Below are positions 14,301 to 26,300 of a stretch of 64,000 nucleotides of DNA, one piece after another (position 1 is the stretch's first letter; each line of letters opens with the position of its first letter). The DNA is from Octopus vulgaris (taxonomy: Eukaryota), in assembly GCA_951406725.2 (NCBI GenBank), contig OX597824.1:45074001-45138000 (forward strand). The letters run 5' to 3'. The notes under the pieces were generated by a model. It was not told the origin of the DNA, searched no databases, and saw only the letters and a list, made by a program, of their open reading frames with translations. Position numbers and translations under genes: made by a program.

Positions 14301-17300
14301 TAAAAAGGTGATCGGATTATAAATTTCTTTCTCTCAACAAATGTACTGACTGACTTTTCTTGGTAAACAAAGAGAAAAATCTTGTACACTTTTACAGTTA
14401 AATTATACCTTCCAACAAATATTGACTCAGTGATACATCCCATGCACTCACTACTGTATTTATTTCAAATGTTCTGCTCCATTGCCCAGTTGCATATGAT
14501 CAACACAATTACCACGCACTTTAGAGTTAATCTTACTAATTGCCTGTTGATTGTATTTCCTTAAAAACAAAAAAACAAAAATATACTTAATACAAGTGCA
14601 CTAATATACTGATTACTATTGTTCAAACTTTTGCACCCTTTGTTGTTCTTTTATTGGCTTGAGCAACTAGATTGTTGCTTTACATTATGGAAAGGAAGTG
14701 AGAGGGGCTTAAATATTACAGCTAAAGGCTTGGCTTTGTTTGACATTTGTTCATTTAATGACTTCTTGGATACTGTTTAACTAAGTTTCTTCTCCCTTGT
14801 TTTTTCTTTCAATAACTTATTCAAGCACTTAGAAATGGTTTGTCTTGTTTTTTAATAACTACCAACACTTTTATATGAGCTTGATTTATTTTTGTGCAAA
14901 GATTTAATTTCATTCATTAACTTAAATTGTAGAATGTTGGGGTACGTGATAAGTCTCTGATGAACTGGACTTGCAATTCAGGTTTCAGTTCTTGTTTGGA
15001 ATTGCCTAGGTTAAGGGAGTATTAATAATACTTTTGGGAAAGAGGCACAAATATTTTGTTATAGCCTTTTCTCTATAATGGAAGTAATTTTGTTTCATTT
15101 GCCAATATATTCATACACTTTTTTATTATTTTTGTTCTTTTATAAATTGTTTTTTAAAAAAATGTATCTAAAAGCTGTTTTTTTCTCCTTGTTTCATTCA
15201 ATATCAAATTCACATATCTCTTAGTGTTAATTGATAGAGATTAAGCTTGGTATTAATAAGAGTGGAATTTTCCTTAATATAATGAATCCTTTTGATCACA
15301 TAGCATGATTCTGTGACCTGTTTTATTGAATATACTCTGTTCCATCATTGTATTGAATAGTTGAGAAGTGTTAACCCTAAAAGACTGAACAACTGAAATG
15401 CTAGCCTTTTCTCTCTTAACCATCCACATAGCATGGGACAAAATGCCTTACAGCATATGTTCCATTTCTTTGTTTTTGAAATTCTTGAGTTGTAGACTTA
15501 ATCTGTTGCCTAGCTTAATACTACTACCTGGTCCTTTGGTGCCTTTAGTGGAATTTACCTGTTGCAAGCATTTGGGCCAGATTTCCAGTCTGTAGGTAAC
15601 TTTCGCTTCCTCCCATTAGTCTCGGGTACTTAGAAAGTAAAATGTCATGAGTAAAGGGAACTGTTATATTTCCTACATACTATTCAGTTCCTGTTTATAA
15701 AAAATAAGATTTATATGGTCAATATTGAGCTTGAAGCATTGTACCACAGGAATATAAGGAAGGCAAAGGAACTTCTCAGTGGTGTTTGTAAAAATGAAAG
15801 ATTGTATGGAATGTTTATAGCAGAGTTAAGAAAGATAAGCAGCTTTCTTTGCAAGAAGTAAGATGAACCACTATCTACTACTATTGTACTTACAAAATAT
15901 CACTTGAAATTACTCTACTCTTTTGTTCTTAATTTAGGCTGTTTCGGAACTTAAGCAAGAACAAGAAATTTACCAGTCACAGATTGAGGGAAATACTACT
16001 TGGACTACTGGAAGTCCAGAGAAACATCATCTAGTTGTTGAATTAGCAGATTGTAAAGCCAAAGTGCGGAGACTTCGACAAGAATTGTAAGTTTGTGCTT
16101 TTTCATTGCTTATTTGTTTAAATTTATCTTGTGAGCATATTGAACTAGAAAATGTTTTATGTTTCAAATAAATTAACAAAATCTTTTTGTTGTAAACGGC
16201 ATGACTTTTTTTTATGATAAAACCAAAATACTGTCAGATTTCATTCAGTCTATGTTGTCATCATCATCATCATCATCGTTTAGCGTCCGTTTTCCATGCT
16301 AGCATGGGTTGGACGGTTCTACTGGGGTCTGTGAAGCCAGAAGGCTTCATCAGGCCCAGTCAAATCTGGCAGTGTTTCTACGGCTGGATGCCCTTCCTAA
16401 CGCCAACCACTCCGTGAGTGTAGTGGGTGCTTTTTACGTGCCACCCGCACAGGTGCCAGACAGAGCTGGCAAACGGCCACGAACGGATGGTGCTTTTTAT
16501 GTGCCACCGGCACAAGGGCCAGGCGAGGCTGGCAACGGACACGAAACGGGGCGGTGCTGGCAACGGTCGCGAAACGGAAGGTTCTCTTACATGCCACCGG
16601 CACTGGTAACACATCTGCAATTTCCATTGATCGATTTTCATTCTGATCCTCACTTGCCTCAACGGGTCTTCACAAGTAGAGTTTCGACATGCCACCGGCA
16701 CTGGTAACACATCTGCAATTTCCATTGATCGATTTCGATTCTGATCCTCACTTGCCTCAACAGGTCTTCACAAGTAGAGTTTTGTGTCCCAAGAAGGGAA
16801 GGTATGCATACGTAGGTTGGCTCCATCCCAAGTAGAAGGCCACGGGTTATGGACTCGCTTGTCCTGCCGGGTCTTCTCGCGCACAGCACACTTCCATAGG
16901 ACTCGGTCTCTAGTCATTTCCTCAGTGAGACCTAAAGTTCGAAGGTCGTGCTTCACCACCTCGTCCCAGGTTTTCCTGGGTCTGCCTCTTCCACAGGTTC
17001 CCTCAACCGCTAGGGTGTGGCACTTTTTCACACAACTATCTTCATCCATTCTCGCCACATGACCATACCAGCGCAATCGTCTCTCTTGCACACCACAACT
17101 GATGCTTCTTAGGTCCAGCTTTTCTCTCAAGGTACTTACACTCTGTCGATTATGAACACTGACATTACACATCCATCGGAGCATACTGGCTTCATTTCTT
17201 GCGAGCTTACGCATATCCTCAGCAGTCACGGCCCATGTTTCACTGCCATGTAGCATGGCTGTTCGTACACACGCATCATACAGTCTGCCTTTCACTCTGT

Positions 17301-20300
17301 GCGAGAGGCCTTTTGTCACCAGCAGGGGTAAGAGCTCTCTGAACTTTGCCCAAGCTATTCTTACTCTAGCAGTTACACTTTCAGCACACCCGCCCCCGCT
17401 GCTGACTTGGTCACCTAGGTAACGGAAACTATCAACTATTTCTAGTTTTTCTCCCTGGAAAGTGATGGAAGTTGGTCTCAGAGCATTTTCAGTGTTTATT
17501 GTTCCTGAGCATCTGCCACATACAAAAACCATCTTCCTAGTTAGCCTTCCTTTGACATTGCTGCACCTCTTATGTGTCCATAGCTTACACTTGGTGCATC
17601 TTATAGAGTTTCTACCTACACCTTTTCTACAGATCGAGCAGGGCCATCTACCTGAAGGCGTGTGTGATTTGTCTACCTTCCTACTGATTATGACTTTGGT
17701 TTTAGCTAGATTGACTCTGAGGCCCTTCGATTCTAATCCTTGTTTCCACACCTGAAACTTCTCCTCCAGTTCTGATAGCGACTCAGCAATTAGAGCAAGG
17801 TCATCAGCATAGAGGAGCTCCCAAGGGCATCCTGTCTTGAATTCCTCCGTTATTGCCTGGAGGACTATGATAAATAGGAGGGGGCTGAGTACTGAGCCTT
17901 GGTGGACCCCTACCTCTACCCGGAATTCTTCACTGTACTCGTTTCCAACCCTCACCCTACTAGCAGCGTCCCTATACATGGCCCGGACAGCTCTCACTAA
18001 CCATTCATCTATCCCTAGTTTCCTCATTGCCCACCAGATAAGGGATCGGGGGACCCTGTCGAAGGCTTTCTCCATGTCAACAAAAGCCAGGTACAGGGGC
18101 TTATCTTTGGCTAGGTATTTCTCCTGCAGCTGCCTTACCAGGAATATAGCATCAGTAGTACTTTTCCCTGGCACAAACCCAAACTGCATCTCATCTAAAC
18201 TAACTCTCTCTCTAATTAGTTGGGCTATGTCTATTCAATTATTTATCTAAACAAATTGAATGCACCAGAATACTGCTCCAACATTGTAAAAGTCACTCTT
18301 TCTCAAATGTTCATATATTCAACAAGATCAGTTGCTTTTTAGGTTTAAACTTTGCTAAAGTGTCAATTCCTTAATAGCAATTCTTAAGAATCAGTTTTTT
18401 CTTTACAAATCAAACTCATTTTCTCTTTACTGCAGTCACCACTACAAATCTTTAAGACTTACCACAATAAGTTTTTGCCTACTAACTGGATAGAATGTAC
18501 CTTCACTCAGACAGTTTACTTTTCCACAGACTAAATATTGCATGAGTATACAGTATGATCACAAACCAAACAAACCAACAAAAATATAATGCCTAATGTA
18601 CCGGGCCTTTTTGTTAGTGCTTAATGTTTAATCAGCTACCTTTATTTCATAGATTTGCTATAGTAAAGCTGACTCATTGTCCTCCATTGCTTTTCAGTTT
18701 GATTATTTATATAAGAACACTAAAAAATATGTGTCTTTGTTAGAGTAATTGTATGTATCATGGATAGGTAAAATGGTTTAACTTGCCCCTGTAGTTTACC
18801 AATGGTGACAGTTATTATATTTTTAAATGACTAAAGTAAACTGTATATTAAAATAGATAATTCTTACATTTGAAATTGAGGGAACATTTGCATGTTAATT
18901 CATGCCTAGGGCAGCATTAAGCCTAATTGAGAATTTACATAAACTGAGTAGTAGCTAATGAATTTAGTAGGCACTGAATAAATTGAAATCATCACACAGA
19001 AGTAATTCTCATTTCTTTTAGAGTAATGTGCAAATAGCTTCCATGACATTTGGAAATAATAAAAAAACCAGACATGGTCTTGTAGTAAGAAGCTTGCTTT
19101 GCAATTAGATGGTTTCGGGTTCAATCCTGCTGTGCTGCATCTTCTATAGTTTCAGGTCAGTCAATGCCTTATGAGTGAATATGGTAGACAAAAGAAACTG
19201 TATTGAAGTTCAAAGATTAGCATAAGGTAGAACTGAAACTTTAAAAGTTTGACTCCATTAATTAAATAACATAAATGTGTCCACATGGATGATGGTGCAC
19301 TTGCATTTAATGATTCTGCAAAGAAAGAGGCTTGGAGATGCCATTATGAAAGACTGCTGAACATAGAGAATGAATGGGAGGAGGAGAATCTGCCAAATGT
19401 TGACCCAGCTGAGGGACTAGCTACCTGAATCGACAGTACATCATCATCATCATCATCGTTTAACGTCCGTTTTCCGTGCTAGCACGGGTGGGACGGTTCG
19501 TCCAGGGTCCGGGAAGCCAGGAGGCTGCACCAGGCTCTAATCTGATCTGGCAGTGTTTCTACAGCTGGATGCCCTTCCTAACACCAACCACTCTGTGAGT
19601 GTAGTGGGTGCTTTTTACGTGCCACCGGCACAGGTGCCAGGAGAGGCTGGCACAGGCCACAATTGGTTGGTACTTTTTACATGCCACTGGCACAGAAGCC
19701 AGTCAAAGCGGCGCTGGCATCAGCCACATTCGGATGATGCTTTTTACATGCCACTGGCACAGGTATCACAACTACAGTTTCCATTTGATATTCATTTTGA
19801 TCTTGATGCACTTGACTCAATAGGTCTCCTCAAGCACAGCAGGTCATGTGCCACCGGCACAGAAGCCAGTCAAGACAGCGCTGGTATCGGCCACGTTAAT
19901 ATGATGCTTTTTATGTGCCGCCGGCACAGGTGTCATAACTACAATTTTCATCGATATTTATTTTGATATTGATGTACTTGACTCAGTAGGTCTCCTCAAG
20001 CACAGCAGGTCACCCTACAATCCAAGGTAAGCACAGCAGGTCGTTCTGCAATCCAAGGTACTTCGGATGAGCTGCGTCTATGCAAAACTGATGCAGGAAG
20101 CAGCCCGGGTCTTTGCAGTTACAGCATATCTCCAGAGATCTTGGTCTTTCGTCATTGCCTCTGTGAGGCCCAACGTTCAAAGGTCATGCTTGACTACCTC
20201 ATTCCATGTCTTCCTGGAGCAATTAAGGATATGAAGACAGGAAAAGCCCCCAGCCCATCAGGAGTCACTGCTGAGATGCTTAAAATATCAGGTGGTGTGG

Positions 20301-23300
20301 GTTATGATCTAGTCACCCGTATTGTAAATCAGGTGGTTCACAAAGGAGTCACATCAAATGACTAGTGTAGCAGCACCATAGTCAACTGCTACAAAGGTAA
20401 AGGTGATGCCTTAGATAGAAATAATTACAGAAGTATCAAATTGTTGGATCAGGTGATGAAGGTCACAGAGAGGGTCATAGCCCATCTCATTAGGGAGAGA
20501 GTTAATCTAGATGAGATGCAGTTTGGTTTTGTGCCAGGCAGAAGCACCACTGTTGCTACATTAATCTGGTAAGACAGCTGCAGGAGAAATACTTAGCCAA
20601 AGATAAGCCTCTGTACTTGGCTTTTGTTGACTTGGAGAAAGCCTTTGACAGGGTCTCTCAATCCCTTATCTGGTGGTCAGTGCAGAAACTAAGGATAGAC
20701 AAGTGGTTGGTGAGAGTTGTACAAGCCTTATACAGGGATGCTACTAGAAAGGTGAAAGTTGGCAGTGAGTACAGTGAAGAATTCAGGGTACAAGTAGGGG
20801 TTCACCAAGGATCAGTTGTCAGCCCCCTCTTATTCATCATAGTCCTCCAGGTAATTACAGGAATTTAAGACAGGCTGCCCCTAGGAGCTCCTCTGTGCTG
20901 ATGATCTTGCTCTTATAGCTGAGTCACTATCAGAACTAGAGAAATTCCAGGTATGGAAGCAAGGTCCTGGACTATGATGAAATAACCTAGCAAAAACCAA
21001 AATCTTAGTAATTAGGAAGGTAGACAAATCATGAATCCTTTCAGGTAGATGGCCTTGCTTGATCTGTAGAAAAGGTGTGGGTAGAAACTCCATAAGATGC
21101 ACCCAGTGTAACTTTGGACACATAAAAGGTACAGCAATATCAGAGATAGGCTAACAGGGAAAATAGCTTTTGTATGTGGAAGATGCACAGGTACAATAAA
21201 CGCTGAAAATGTGCAGAAAATAGACTCCATCAACTGCCAGGTGGGCACGCTGGAGGTAGTAGATAGCTTCTCTTATCTAAGTGAACAAGTTAGTTGCAGA
21301 GGTGGATGCTCTGAGAGCATAGCTGTGAGAATAAGATTATGATGGGCAAAGTTCAAAGAGCTCCTACCTCTGCTGGCAACATGGGACCTCTCTCTCAGAG
21401 TGAAAGGCAGATTGTATGTGTGGGAACAGCTGTGTGACATGGCAGTGAAACATGAGCTATGACAGCCAAGAACCTGTGTAGGCTTGAAGGAAATGAAGCC
21501 AATATGCTTCGCTGGATGTGTAATGTCGGTGTGCATGTATAACAAAGTATAAGCATCTTGAGAGAAAAGTTGGACATAGGCATCGGATGTAATGTGCACT
21601 GGTATGGTCATGTGATGCATATGGACAAGGACAGCTGTGTAAAGAAGTTCTGATCTCTAACTGTGGAGGGCATTTTTGGTAGAGATAGACTTGGGAAGAC
21701 ATGGAACGAGGTGGTAAAGCATGATTTTTTAACTTTGAGCCTCACAGAGGCAATGACTAATGACCGTGACCTTTGGCAGTATGCTGTGCTTGAGAAGACT
21801 TGTCAAGCCAAGTGAAATCATAGTCATGACTGATGCTGGTGTCATGTAACTGGCACCTGTGCCAGTGGTGTGTAAAGAGCACCTTTTGAATGTTGGGCCT
21901 CATGGAGGTGAGTTCCCGTTCAACCATTGGGCCTCATCGAGGCAAAGTGACTGCGTTCTTTTCAGGTGTTGGGTCTCTCGGAGGCAATGACCAAAACCTT
22001 TTGCATCATGTCATGCTTGAGAAGAAGACCCATCAAGCCAAGCAAAATCGCAGTCATGGCAGATACCAGTGTCATGCAAATGGCACCTGTGCTGGTGGCA
22101 CATAAAAGCACCCATTACACTCTTGAAGTGGTTGGCATTAGGATGGGCATCCAACCATAGGAACCATGCCAAATCAGAGTGGAGTCTGGTGCAGCCTTCC
22201 AGCTTGCCAACCCTGGTCAAACTGTCCAACCCATGCTAGCATGGACAACAGATGTTAAATGATGATGATGATAATTCTTCATCTTTCTAAATTAACAAAA
22301 TGACTGTCAAACATTTCTGCATATAACTTTGGGATACATTGTAAGACTACAAATCATGTGGTAAGGAAGGAATTCAAACCTTTCTGCATTCATTAGATTA
22401 TGTCTCTGGATTTTACTTATCTTGCTGTGCTTTGTTGATAGCTTTCCATTCTTTCATCATGGTTGAGTAGTTGCATGCCAGTAAACTCTCCAATCAGGCT
22501 ATGAATGTTGAAATTTACTAAAAAGAGCTAATAAATTTGTTAGCACACACAATTTCTTAGTGTAAGAAAAGAAAATTTTGTATGTGCATCTAAATATGCA
22601 TGCATATTATAAAATTTTATTTTTATTTTTCTACAATATACGCATGTAGAAAAGGTCATTACCCATGATCCTTTGATTTTCAAGGTCCCCAAGACTGGTG
22701 GGAGGAAGGGAGGAAGTCCTCAAACTTGAGTCCTGGCTTGGAAGCTTATAACAAAGTAAATTTCATTGAAGGCAGCTGGGGACCTGGTAGTGGTGCTAAA
22801 CCAAGAACACAAGCCATTAAGAGCTGGACCAAATACTACAAGGCATCTCAACTGCTAACCTATCTCCCTGGACTGGTTTTTTATTTTATCAGTCTCAAAA
22901 TGATAGACAAAGTTGACCTCAGCAAGATTTGAACTCAGTGTGCAGAGGGCTAGAAAACTACCATGAAGCATTTGGTATTATGCGCTTGTAGCTCTGTCAG
23001 TTGGTTGTGGATTTGAAATGTGCTTTTTGTCAGTAATATTGTAGAAGAATGACATGTAGATTGTTTATCAGTCATCATGTAGTAACAACATGTAGGCAGT
23101 TTGTCAGTAAACATAAAATAATGATGTAAAATACTGACAATTTGTCAATAGTTATAAGGTAAAGGAATGGCATGTATTTCATTGTCCACAGTCATATAGT
23201 AGAGGAATGACAGTTTTCATCTCAAAAAATGGCAGCAGAAGAATGTTCGGGGTATTTCTGTCCCCATCCCTGCTGCCACTATCATAATGTTCTAAATGTC

Positions 23301-26300
23301 CATTTAAAAACAACTGCTCTTTTTAGTTCATATTTTTATTTCTTCGTGCCATATTTTTTTGTATCTATCTCTCTTTTATACATTTTTAGGTGACGAAAAA
23401 TATGCTTAATATTACTTTAGAAGTTTGTCCATCTTTACATTCTGAGTTTGAATTCCATTGAGGTTGATTTTGTCTTTCATCCTTTCAGGATCAATAAAAT
23501 AAGTACCAGTTGAGCACTGGGGGTGGATGTAATCAACACACTACCTCTCTTGAAATTGCTGGCCTAATGCCAAAATTTGTAATCAATATTTCCTTAGAAG
23601 TGATCAACCTTACCTAAACATTGGAATGTCACTTAAGAAAAAAAAAACCTCAGCAGTCAAACACAGATATGTAATACTCATAAGCATAAATGTGTGGCGT
23701 AAACCCACTGAGGTTGTCTATGACAAACCATCCCTTTCATATTAATAAAATCAGTAGCAGTCATGTACTGAAATTAATACAATCAAAAAAACTCCTACAG
23801 TAAAAATTTACAGCCTTTAGTATTTTGAAAAGCTAATATATGTTCAATGCATTCTTGCAGTAATGAAATGCCCTAGTGACTATGATCTTGAGTTTAAATC
23901 CACTGCTTTCTATTGTGCATTTGGGTAAAGTTCTACATACCTAAAACCCTTTTTAAGATTAGTACATGCTAGAATATTATATAACATAGATGGGTTAAGG
24001 TCATGAAAGCAGAATATTTCTTTTTAAAAGCTCTTAAGTGTTTAGGAGATATTTATACATTTGTGTTTACTCATACATGGTCATAAATATAATAGTGTAG
24101 TTGTCAAAAGGTGGCAAGCTGGCAGAAAGGTTAGCATGCTGGGTGAAATACTTAGTGGTATTTCATCTGTCTTTACATTCTGAGTTCAAATTCCACCAAG
24201 GTCAACTTTGCTTTTCATCCTTTCAGGGTTGATAAATTACATACCAGTTGCATACTGGGGTTGATCTATTCGACTGGCCCCCTTCCCAAAACTTTTGGGC
24301 CTTGTGTCTAGAGTAAAGAATATTGTAGGTGTCTCTTCTTGTTTCTAGAATTTTTTTCCACTTAAGAGAAATAGCTCTTAACAAGCATGCATGCTAATCA
24401 TAGATTTAATCTGAATAAAAAGGAAATCTTTAAAGTACTTACTTGTTTAGCACTTACAATGTTTATATGGTGCGAAATAAAATTACCATACATGTCAGTT
24501 GTTGCTTCCCCACTTCCTAATAACTTGCCCTAATTACTTTTACTACCAGCTGTGTTGATATCAACATGAGAAAATATGAAAGACTGTGTTTAGCATAAAT
24601 ATGGCAATAATTTACATTAAAATGGGATGTTGCTTCCAGAAAGGTCAATAACTTCAGCTAAAAATTTACTTCTATTTTGTCAGTTGGTTCACATGTGTCT
24701 CATGTTTTGCTTTTGTGTCCTATTATTTGCAGCACCATTTAACTGACAATTTATTTTATTTTGTTCTTTATTATTAGTTAAATAGATCAGAGAAGAAGCA
24801 GTACTACAAGTTTTAAAGAGAACTTTTTCTCTACTATATCTATATAAATATTGGATTGTCTTCTCCCACTCATTATTAATTGAATATCAAAAGTTATGAG
24901 CATGAAAATTTGAGCAAGTTATTAAATATTCAGATGTTAGAAAAAAGGAAATAATTTTCTGTGTGCTATGTAATATTAAATAGCACCATTTAAGAATGAA
25001 ATATTACAAATCCATCAAAACTTAAGTGTAATATTTCCACTAATAATTAAATGCATTTTATTTAGGGAGTTGAGGAATTATTCATTCACATATATACAAT
25101 CAGGACTTCTGTTTCTCTTTTAAATTCTTTAATTTCCAGCAATGTATAAATATCTTTTCTATGTTGGAATATAATATGATAAATTTATGAGTTTGCTGCA
25201 ATAAGCAATGGTAATACTATATAAATGAAAAAAACAGTGAGGTTGTCTTCGCAGTAGTACCCTGCAACCCAGGATCCTATTAAACGCTAAATGTAATTTA
25301 GAACATTTTCCTATCATCAGCATTTAATGTTTACTTTCCCATGCTTTCATAGGTCAAACATAAGTGTTGAAGCAAATTTTCTATGGCTGGATGTCCTTGC
25401 TCTCACCACTTCCAACTAATTTCCCAACATATTTCCCTATATAAATGAATATGGTTTCTTGAAAGAATGATAGATACAGTCATTGATAACTTATGACACA
25501 ATGTCAAGAAAAGGGGATGGACAGACACGCAGCTTCTTTCAATTTTCATTTACTAAACCCACTCACAACGCTGCGGCTGGCCCAGAGCTATAGTAGAAGA
25601 CACTTGCCCAAGGTGTCACACAGCTAAGCCTGTATCTATGTAAATTTTCTATGGCTGGATGCCCTTGCTCTCACCAGCTCCAATTTTCTAACAACATATT
25701 TCCCTATATAACTGAATATGGATTCATGAAAGAATGGAAACAGCATCACTTATATGATAGACGCAATGATTATAGCTTTTCGTGTATACTAAAAATAACC
25801 ACCATGATACATTTATTCTAAAAATTAAAAAAATTAGTGAAGAGGACAGGTAATTAAGGACACATGATAGTGTTAAGAAATATTAGCTGGTATAGTTAGA
25901 CTTTAGTGAAATTGGTATCAGGTTGTTGGTAATCAGTGCCAAGATCTATAATGATGTAATCAGGCTTGATCTATGAGTTAAACAGATACTGAAAGAAAAA
26001 AAATGGCTGCAATTTTGGCAAGTCAATGAAAGTAATTGACTAGAAATATTTTTCTTGTACAGGTATAGAGGTTTTGTGATAATTCTAACATTAAGAAGAT
26101 ATGAGCATTACAAATTCTTGTTTTCCCATTCCTGATGTGATATCATACATTATTGCATTTATGATTTAGCTGTAACAATTGTTATCAGCTATTATTATAA
26201 TCTGCCAAGATATTTCATTGTGGTATCCAGAACACACCCATGCAGTTTTTATTTCATCTCTCTACCTTACCCTCTCTCTAACCATTATAAAAATTTTCAA

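Noticed and set aside
16325-16360. Hammerhead-like CUGAUGA followed by a stem on the RTE sense strand
   Set aside because: No GAAA after the stem, and other copies read ctggtgca at this position, so the core is not conserved.
16784-18250. Plus-strand ORFs overlapping the RT ORF (and minus ORFs at 51672-52775)
   Set aside because: Antisense shadows of real coding sequence with no independent motifs.
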